Assembly: GCA_013378385.1 (NCBI GenBank)
Contig: JACAFS010000048.1
Span: 1 to 7,167 of the forward strand
From: Nitrososphaerota archaeon
GTDB taxonomy: Archaea; Thermoproteota; Nitrososphaeria; Nitrososphaerales; UBA57
Direction of reading: 5' to 3'
DNA: 7,167 nucleotides
Position numbers and translations under genes: made by a program. Below the pieces are notes generated by a model. That model saw nothing but the letters and a program-made list of their open reading frames with translations, was not told the DNA's origin and searched no databases. This document shows, piece after piece, positions 1 through 5,608 of the stretch; within the stretch, counting starts at the first letter, position 1; each line of letters begins with the position of its first letter.

Positions 1-21
1 ACAGTTACAGTTTGAATTGTA

Positions 22-26
22 AGGAG
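22..26 (+). promoter_or_regulatory. Shine-Dalgarno-like AGGAG, 8 nt upstream of the ATG at 35
   Basis: The sequence is aAGGAGagaagaagATG. It is the only strong, correctly spaced purine-rich SD match upstream of a called start in this window. Confidence 0.4.
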
Positions 27-34
27 AGAAGAAG

Positions 35-619
35 ATGAAAACCGATACAGTAGAAGATATTTCCTTTTTACTTTACTTCATGCCTGTGGTAATGTATATC
101 ATTAGTACTATATTGCATGTGACTGTTTCTGGGTTAACTTTTCAAGAGAGTTTTCTATCAGTAACAAGAAATCCGGTTTGGTTAGTATTATCATTATTAG
201 CAGTTAGTGCCTCTTTGATTTTTCATATTAGATCAAGTAATGAAGGCGAAAGAACTGGACTAATATCCATTCATGCAAAACGAATGAGAATAATTGGTAT
301 AATAATTGTATTATTATCTTTAGGAGAAGCAATAGCTGTATCTGACGCTCAGACCAATCCGATAGGATTATTCATAACAGCAAGATTACCTATTTTATTT
401 ACGGCAATAATGTTTTTACAATCAGCATTTATTCAGATTCCTTTTACAGTTAAAACAGAAAATAACAAGTTCATAATTAGTGTATTTTCATCTGTATTGA
501 TTTTAGCAAGTCCAATTGTATATTATTTAACCAATATGATAGGATTGCCATTTGTTGTAAATCTAGGTGCTTCATTAGCACTGATAATATTTGGCTCATT
601 ATTATTTACTAGAGATTAA
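35..619 (+). CDS. Hypothetical integral membrane protein, about six predicted transmembrane helices
   Basis: Complete ORF with an ATG start. AGGAG lies at 22-26, 8 nt upstream. The product is a series of roughly 20-residue hydrophobic stretches (e.g. ISFLLYFMPVVMYIISTILHV, PVWLVLSLLAVSASLIFHI, MRIIGIIIVLLSLGEAIAV) separated by short polar loops. I recognise no catalytic or family motif. Confidence 0.6.
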   Translation: MKTDTVEDISFLLYFMPVVMYIISTILHVTVSGLTFQESFLSVTRNPVWLVLSLLAVSASLIFHIRSSNEGERTGLISIHAKRMRIIGIIIVLLSLGEAIAVSDAQTNPIGLFITARLPILFTAIMFLQSAFIQIPFTVKTENNKFIISVFSSVLILASPIVYYLTNMIGLPFVVNLGASLALIIFGSLLFTRD

Positions 620-1419
620 AATAATTTATGATAAAGTTCGTCTATGTTTTGTATAGAATAACTGGGTTTATCAGAATCTGGAATAGAATTAATGTCAATA
701 TTAAGATCGTTAGTGGTTAAGATACTAGTAATTCCCAATGAATTAGCACCTCGTATATCAGATGTAATATTATCTCCAATCATAACTGCTTGATCAGGAG
801 TTATATTGAAATCAGATAATACTTGAGTAAAAATTTCAGGATATGGTTTTCCGATATAACGAATTGACTTACCAGTAGCATGACTAATTGCTTGGGCGAT
901 TGCAGATTCTCCAAGGAAGTAACCAGTATCAGAATGATGTGTTCCTTTAAAGAATTGAGTGGTGCCAGAACAAATTAATTCAGCTCCGTTAAGAACAAGG
1001 CGCATTGCATGGTTTAATTCTCTATAAGTCAGATTACGATTAGCGCCAACTACAACAATATCTGCATCGTCGTTAGAGACATAAATTCCTGCATCTTCGA
1101 GATCTTTTTTCAGACCCCATTCACTAATAACAAAGCATTTAGGATCATCGTATGTTTCTTTTATAATTTGTATAGTAGTAGAACCAGAGGTATACAATTC
1201 ATCAGATTTAATTAAAATATCCATAGATCTAAGTTTCTCAAGAACTATTGCTTTTGGATTTCTAGAGATATTTGTAACTATTGCGATACGGATATTATTG
1301 GATTTAAGAGCAGAAATAAATTTTTGTACAAAAGGAAGAGAAATTTCTTTATCAATACTTTCACAAATAACTCCTTCAATATCAAGAAGAAATACCTGTT
1401 TATTTAACAAATCTTTCAT
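616..1419 (-). CDS. HAD-superfamily hydrolase, subfamily IIA (NagD / pNPPase-like sugar- or nucleotide-phosphate phosphatase)
   Basis: The four HAD motifs occur in order: motif I LLDIEGV, motif II IVTNIS, motif III YIGKPYP, motif IV MIGDNITSDI. The protein is collinear along its length with E. coli NagD as I remember it (ICDIDGV / LLTNYP / YVGKPSP / VGDNLRTDI). It has an ATG start, and its stop overlaps the stop of the upstream convergent gene. Confidence 0.8.
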   Translation of the reverse strand: MKDLLNKQVFLLDIEGVICESIDKEISLPFVQKFISALKSNNIRIAIVTNISRNPKAIVLEKLRSMDILIKSDELYTSGSTTIQIIKETYDDPKCFVISEWGLKKDLEDAGIYVSNDDADIVVVGANRNLTYRELNHAMRLVLNGAELICSGTTQFFKGTHHSDTGYFLGESAIAQAISHATGKSIRYIGKPYPEIFTQVLSDFNITPDQAVMIGDNITSDIRGANSLGITSILTTNDLNIDINSIPDSDKPSYSIQNIDELYHKLF

Positions 1420-1482
1420 AATATATCATAAACAAGCGTACAATTATCTTTTATTCGAGTTAAGATAATTGAATAAATAAAC
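1420..1482. promoter_or_regulatory. Divergent promoter region between the HAD phosphatase gene (-) and udg (+)
   Basis: This 63-bp A/T-rich spacer is the only available promoter space for both genes. TTTTATT at 1449-1455 lies about 31 nt upstream of the udg ATG, and there is no SD-like element before udg. Exact boxes cannot be assigned from sequence alone. Confidence 0.35.
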
Positions 1483-2037
1483 ATGAGATACAAATCACTA
1501 GAAAAGTTGTCAGAAGATGTCATAAAATGTAAGAAATGTGAATTATATAAGTCAAGAAATAAATCAGTGCCAGGAAGAGGAAAAAAAGATAATAAGATTA
1601 TTTTTGTTGGAGAAGCTCCCGGAGCAGAAGAAGATGAAAAAGGAATTCCATTCTGCGGTAGAGGAGGAAAATTATTAAGAAATAGTATAAGAGAAGTTGG
1701 AATAGAAGATACAGAAGTATATATAACAAATTTAGTGAAATGTAGACCGCCAAAAAACCGTCGTCCAACAGAAGAAGAAATAGAATCGTGCAACAAATAT
1801 TTACAAGAAGAAATTAGATTAATCAAACCTAAAATTACAGTACTACTTGGCAAGACAGCAATAAAGAAACAACATGAAGATGTATTATTAAAAGAACAAC
1901 ATGGTAAAATTATAAATAAGAAAGAAAGCAGGTATCTTCTAACCTATCATCCAGCAGCAATATTAAGAAATCAAACAAAAATCAGTACTTGGATTGATGA
2001 CTTAAAATTAATAAAGAAATATTATAAAAAAAAGTGA
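1483..2037 (+). CDS. udg: Uracil-DNA glycosylase, family 4 (Fe-S cluster type)
   Basis: Family-4 motif A is present as GEAPGAEEDEKGIPFCGRGG and motif B as HPAAILR. Four Cys sit in the positions expected of the [4Fe-4S] ligands (CKKC near the N-terminus, VKCRPP, ESCNKYL). The 184-aa size is typical. Confidence 0.9.
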   Translation: MRYKSLEKLSEDVIKCKKCELYKSRNKSVPGRGKKDNKIIFVGEAPGAEEDEKGIPFCGRGGKLLRNSIREVGIEDTEVYITNLVKCRPPKNRRPTEEEIESCNKYLQEEIRLIKPKITVLLGKTAIKKQHEDVLLKEQHGKIINKKESRYLLTYHPAAILRNQTKISTWIDDLKLIKKYYKKK

Positions 2038-2047
2038 GAAATTAGTT

Positions 2048-2698
2048 ATGAAAACAGTTCTTCAAGAAATGAAAAAAATGATAGAGATGAAACAAACGAA
2101 TAAGTTAACCATGCTTGGAGAAGTTGAGAAAGAAGGGGATCCGTTCAAGGTATTAATAGCAACTATATTATCATCTAGGACAAAAGATGATACAACGTTA
2201 GGTGCATCTAATCGACTATTTAGGAAATATAAAAACCCAAAAGAACTTTCAAAGGCAAAAACATTAGATATTAAAAAATTGATCAAGCCGGTAGCGTTCT
2301 ATAAGACTAAATCAAAGAAGATAAAGCAAGTAGCAGAGATTATTCACAAAGACTACAATAATCAAGTGCCAATTGAGATGGATGAATTATTAGAACTTCC
2401 ATTGGTAGGTAGAAAAACAGCAAATTGTGTTTTAGTCTATGGATTTAGAAAACCTGCAATACCAGTAGATGTACATGTTCATAGGATTTCAAACAGGTTA
2501 GGATTAGTAGAAACAAAAATTCCTGAAGAAACAGAGATTGAATTATCTAAAATAGCAAATAAGAGATATTGGCTGCAGATTAATGAATACTTTGTGCGAT
2601 TTGGTCAATTAATCTGTAAACCAATTAATCCAAAATGTGAAGAATGTGTATTTCAGAAAACCTGTAAATATTCACAAAATAGAAAAAAGAACAATTAG
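2048..2698 (+). CDS. nth: Endonuclease III (bifunctional DNA glycosylase / AP lyase, HhH-GPD family)
   Basis: HhH-GPD core LPLVGRKTANCVL carries the catalytic Lys, with a downstream VDVHVHRI Asp. A C-terminal C-x6-C-x2-C-x5-C Fe-S cluster loop is present (CKPINPKCEECVFQKTC). It starts 10 bp after the udg stop on the same strand. Several in-frame Met codons lie near the N-terminus, so the exact start is uncertain. Confidence 0.9.
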   Translation: MKTVLQEMKKMIEMKQTNKLTMLGEVEKEGDPFKVLIATILSSRTKDDTTLGASNRLFRKYKNPKELSKAKTLDIKKLIKPVAFYKTKSKKIKQVAEIIHKDYNNQVPIEMDELLELPLVGRKTANCVLVYGFRKPAIPVDVHVHRISNRLGLVETKIPEETEIELSKIANKRYWLQINEYFVRFGQLICKPINPKCEECVFQKTCKYSQNRKKNN

Positions 2699-2702
2699 TC
2701 GC

Positions 2703-3404
2703 TTATTCCCAGTCATGTGCTTGAAACCAGATATCAGTAGTTTCTGGATAAATTTCGGATACTAATTTTTTAAGAGCTATAGCATATTGGCGAATCTCCC
2801 ATTGCGCAGTTTTTTCAGTCCGTAATTCAAGAAAATTCATGATTGCTTGAAATGAAGCAGTCCAATATATTTCAGTATATTGATTAAGAGGAAGAATAGT
2901 ACGTGCTTGTTCTTTTGCGACACCGATTTTTAATAGATTATCATATGATTCTTCAACGTTTTTCATGAAATTATCGAATATTTTTTGACATTCAGTATTA
3001 AGATCGTCAGGCATGTTATCTCCAGAACCTTGTTTATTATCAGTAGATTGTTGTCGCCAGACCAAGGGTTTGTAAAAATCTTTAACAGGAACGTAACGAC
3101 CGCTAAGTTCATTCCAAGCATGATCCTTAGTAGCAGAAGAATTAGTAGTTTCAATACCAACTACATGTTTGTACCATTGTCTCATAACAAATTCAGGAGC
3201 CTTGATATGAAATTGAATTATCATATGCCTAAATGGAGAATAGTGTTTATTTTTAGCAAGAAATCGGACAAGTTTTCTATCTCCTTCTTCATATACGGTT
3301 TGACGTTTACCAAATGAAACACGCGCAGAATTTACAACAGTCAAATCAGTGCCAAGATGGTCTATAACCTCAATAAATCCAGAATCTAAGACTTCAATCT
3401 TCAC
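2703..3404 (-). CDS. thyX: Flavin-dependent thymidylate synthase ThyX (variant ThyX motif)
   Basis: The protein aligns end to end with Thermotoga maritima ThyX as I remember it: MKIEVLDSGFIEVID vs MKIDILDKGFVELVD; KAPEFVMRQWY vs KAPIFVARQWF; NELSGRY identical; LPLNQYT; AQWEIRQYA. The start is GTG (plus-strand cac at 3402-3404), and there is no in-frame ATG between it and the upstream stop. Confidence 0.9.
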   Translation of the reverse strand: MKIEVLDSGFIEVIDHLGTDLTVVNSARVSFGKRQTVYEEGDRKLVRFLAKNKHYSPFRHMIIQFHIKAPEFVMRQWYKHVVGIETTNSSATKDHAWNELSGRYVPVKDFYKPLVWRQQSTDNKQGSGDNMPDDLNTECQKIFDNFMKNVEESYDNLLKIGVAKEQARTILPLNQYTEIYWTASFQAIMNFLELRTEKTAQWEIRQYAIALKKLVSEIYPETTDIWFQAHDWE

Positions 3405-3478
3405 AGTATTAATTATAAGAGTAAGTAATATAAAAAAGACAGATTAAACAATCTTGATAGAGAGTCTATTATAGGTGT

Positions 3479-3553
3479 GCTTCGGTAGCTCAGACCGGTC
3501 AGAGCGCTTGCCTTGTAAGCAAGATGTCGAGGGTTCAAATCCCTCTCGAAGCT
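3479..3553 (+). tRNA. tRNA-Thr, anticodon UGU; 3' CCA not encoded
   Basis: Cloverleaf folded by hand. The 7-bp acceptor stem GCTTCGG/TCGAAGC has six Watson-Crick pairs plus one G-U. D stem is GCTC/GAGC and the anticodon stem is CTTGC/GCAAG. The loop CTTGTAA gives anticodon TGT. There is a 5-nt variable loop ATGTC, a T stem GAGGG/CCCTC and a T loop TTCAAAT. The discriminator is T, followed by TTCAT rather than CCA. Confidence 0.85.
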
Positions 3554-3642
3554 TTCATAAAATTTTGTGAAATAGAGAAAAATTATACTTTATTATGATA
3601 ATTATATTAATAATCAGATTATCAATATTATCAAGTGATTAA

Positions 3643-4494
3643 ATGAAGAGTGCAGATATTTCGATTATTGGTCCAGATAGTAAAGGGATTGTAGCAACAA
3701 TAACAAATTTCATTTTCGAGAATCAGTGTAATATAGAAGAAGTTAGTCAGAATGTAGTCAATGGTACATTTTTTATGAACGTAAAGATATCAATTAATAA
3801 AAAAAAGTTTGATAGAGAAATATTTAACAAAGGATTAGCAAAAGAAGCAAAACAATTAGGTATGAAGTCTAGAGTATTTTATGATGAACAAAAACAAAAA
3901 AAGAATATGGCAATTTTAGTAACGAAAGAAGATCACGTATTAACTGAATTATTAATGGCAAATAAAAATGGAAAATTAAATGTGAATATTCCCATAGTCA
4001 TAGGAACGATGGAAATATTAGAAGATATATGTAAAAAATATAAAATAAAATTTATTTGTATAAAAGATAGACAACAATCATTAAGAGAAGATAAGATTCT
4101 GAAGATATTAGATGAGAATAAGGTAGATTTTGTCGTATTAGCAAGATATATGAAGATACTATCTCCGAAATTTGTATGGAATTATCCAAATAGAATAATA
4201 AATATACATCCATCATTGTTACCCGCTTTTCCTGGAGCAATGGCATACATGCAAGCGTTTGAGAAAGGAGTTAAAATTTCAGGTGCAACGTCACATTTCG
4301 TAACAGTTGATCTAGATCAGGGTCCAATTATTACGCAAGAAGCTTTTACATTAGATACAACAAAATCATTAGAAGAAATTAAGAAATCAGGAAGAGATTG
4401 TGAAAATAAAGCACTAATCAGAGCGGTTACACTTTTTGTAAACAATAAATTAGAATGCAGATGGGGTAAAGTTATCATTAATAAAAAGAGTTAA
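3643..4494 (+). CDS. purU: Formyltetrahydrofolate deformylase (N-terminal ACT domain + formyltransferase-like domain)
   Basis: Collinear with E. coli PurU as I remember it. The ACT-like N-terminus is IIGPDSKGIVATITNFI, followed by ILVTKEDHVL and DFVVLARYMKILSP. The catalytic core is IINIHPSLLPAFPGAMAYMQAFEKGVKISGATSHFVTVDLDQGPIITQ. The IHPSLLP version of the motif resembles PurN/Fmt more than the usual PurU IHHSFLP. Confidence 0.85.
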   Translation: MKSADISIIGPDSKGIVATITNFIFENQCNIEEVSQNVVNGTFFMNVKISINKKKFDREIFNKGLAKEAKQLGMKSRVFYDEQKQKKNMAILVTKEDHVLTELLMANKNGKLNVNIPIVIGTMEILEDICKKYKIKFICIKDRQQSLREDKILKILDENKVDFVVLARYMKILSPKFVWNYPNRIINIHPSLLPAFPGAMAYMQAFEKGVKISGATSHFVTVDLDQGPIITQEAFTLDTTKSLEEIKKSGRDCENKALIRAVTLFVNNKLECRWGKVIINKKS

Positions 4495-4823
4495 TCTAAT
4501 TCAATTTGTTTTTTTATACTTTTAGTGAGTAATTTGAAAAATGTTTCATAATCGTAATCAGAGATTTCTATAGAAGAATATTTTTTACTTTGTTTAGCAA
4601 TTTTATAGGCTTTAAGATGATAACAAGAAGATGATTTTTGTCTCATCAAAGAGAAATAAAATCCTCGGCAACTGCAATAATCATCATTAATGAGAATCAG
4701 ATGGTCGCCATAATTTCCTATAACAGTCCATAATTCTCTTCCGCTAGGTTGGAACTTATGTAGTTTTACACGACCTTCGTTTATTAGATCATTAATAAGG
4801 TCGTTAGAAGACCTTTTCTTCAT
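4491..4823 (-). CDS. Small SWIM zinc-finger domain protein, function unknown
   Basis: A complete SWIM signature C-x-C-x14-C-x-H is present (YCSCRGFYFSLMRQKSSSCYHL, residues 50-69, nt 4617-4676). The start is ATG. A palindromic TATA-like GATATATC is centred about 25 nt upstream of it, consistent with a leaderless transcript. Confidence 0.7.
   Translation of the reverse strand: MKKRSSNDLINDLINEGRVKLHKFQPSGRELWTVIGNYGDHLILINDDYCSCRGFYFSLMRQKSSSCYHLKAYKIAKQSKKYSSIEISDYDYETFFKLLTKSIKKQIELD
4505..4515 (+). terminator. Oligo-T tract (TTTGTTTTTTT), candidate intrinsic termination signal for purU
   Basis: A run of seven T at 4509-4515 begins 15 nt after the purU stop. It lies inside the 3' end of the convergent SWIM gene, where it encodes Lys-Lys-Gln on the other strand. 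Archaeal RNA polymerase is known to terminate at oligo-T tracts. Confidence 0.3.
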
Positions 4824-4861
4824 GAATAATTTAATACAATTACCGATATATCAAGATTGAA
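4824..4861. promoter_or_regulatory. 38-bp bidirectional control region between the SWIM gene (-) and the phosphoesterase gene (+)
   Basis: TTTAATAC (4829-4836) is centred about 28 nt upstream of the TTG at 4862. The palindromic GATATATC (4845-4852) is centred about 25 nt upstream of the minus-strand ATG at 4823. That spacing fits archaeal TATA-to-TSS distances only if both mRNAs are leaderless or nearly so. Confidence 0.3.
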
Positions 4862-5608
4862 TTGATAAGAATTCTATATCCAGAACCCGCACTAATTCTG
4901 AGTAATGAAAATGAGAAACACGTAGTAATTAGTGATTTACATATTGGATTCGAAGAGAGATTTAACAAACAAGGTATATCAATTCAAAGTTCTACAGAAA
5001 AAATGCAGAAGGTTTTATCAGAATTAATAAAGAAAGAAAAACCGGATAGTGTAATTATTTTAGGGGATATAAAAGACAGTATTGCATCAATAACAAAATC
5101 AGAACGGATTGAAGTTCCAAGGTTCTTTAGAGCTATTTCAAAATTAGTAGATATTATTGTAATACCAGGAAATCATGACGGAAACATTAGCTATTTACTT
5201 CCAGATAACATAGAGATAGGAGATAGTAGAGGAATTAAAATTGATTCTACGGTTTTATTACATGGTCATACAAACATAAACGAGACATTTAATGATGTGA
5301 AGAAGATAATCATTGGGCATTTACATCCAATATATAATCAACAAAATAGTCCATTATCAGGCTATCAAATATGGTCAATATTAAAAACAAAAACAAATGA
5401 GTTATTTGAGAAAAATAATGAAGATATAGAAATCATAACTGTACCTTCGTTTAATAAAGAACTAACAGCTAGTGGTTTTTCTATTCACCGAAAGAAGAAT
5501 ATTTGTCCAATAATAAGAAAAACAAGGCCATATATTAATGAAGCAGTATTTTTAACGTTAGAAGGAGACATAATAGGTGATATAAATTCTTTATCTGAAA
5601 TAATCTAG
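4862..5608 (+). CDS. Calcineurin-like metallophosphoesterase, SbcD/Mre11-related archaeal type (COG1407-like)
   Basis: All five metallophosphoesterase motifs occur in order: ISDLHIG, LGDIKD, PGNHDG, LLHGH, IGHLHP. The start is assigned to TTG at 4862 because no in-frame ATG or GTG exists upstream of motif I. The family name is from memory (TIGR00024 / COG1407) and is not verified by a search. Confidence 0.75.
   Translation: MIRILYPEPALILSNENEKHVVISDLHIGFEERFNKQGISIQSSTEKMQKVLSELIKKEKPDSVIILGDIKDSIASITKSERIEVPRFFRAISKLVDIIVIPGNHDGNISYLLPDNIEIGDSRGIKIDSTVLLHGHTNINETFNDVKKIIIGHLHPIYNQQNSPLSGYQIWSILKTKTNELFEKNNEDIEIITVPSFNKELTASGFSIHRKKNICPIIRKTRPYINEAVFLTLEGDIIGDINSLSEII

Noticed and set aside
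1416-1853. 145-aa minus-strand ORF whose TGA overlaps the HAD gene ATG in an ATGA arrangement, which looks like a translationally coupled upstream gene.
   Set aside because: It lies antisense to udg, whose family-4 motifs are unambiguous. Its product is Ser/Leu/Phe/Pro-rich low-complexity sequence, typical of the reverse complement of Lys/Glu-rich AAR/GAR coding. It would also consume the only promoter space (1420-1482). An ATGA overlap arises by chance whenever an ATG is followed by A.
2062-2286. 74-aa minus-strand ORF inside nth.
   Set aside because: This is a shadow ORF opposite a strongly supported gene. Its composition is hydrophobic and Ser/Phe-rich, it has no motif, and it has no independent start context.
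2963-3317. 65-aa (-) and 110-aa (+) ORFs overlapping thyX.
   Set aside because: The thyX frame aligns end to end with a known ThyX. These alternative frames give Ile/Leu/Ser/Phe-rich low-complexity peptides expected from AT-rich off-frame translation.
3479-3553. tRNA-Thr as an integration hotspot marking the edge of a genomic island.
   Set aside because: By eye I found no second copy of the tRNA 3' half (GGGTTCAAATCCCTC...) anywhere in the window. There is no integrase or other mobile-element gene, and both flanks are housekeeping genes (thyX, purU) with similar composition.
3554-3642. Possible C/D-box sRNA or other small RNA in the longest intergenic spacers (also 3405-3478, 5609-5660, 6429-6456).
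   Set aside because: I could find no RUGAUGA C box or CUGA D box pair in these spacers, and no convincing extended helices other than the 7-bp repeat already reported.
4052-4246. 64-aa minus-strand ORF inside purU.
   Set aside because: This is a shadow ORF opposite the conserved PurU catalytic region, with no supporting signal.
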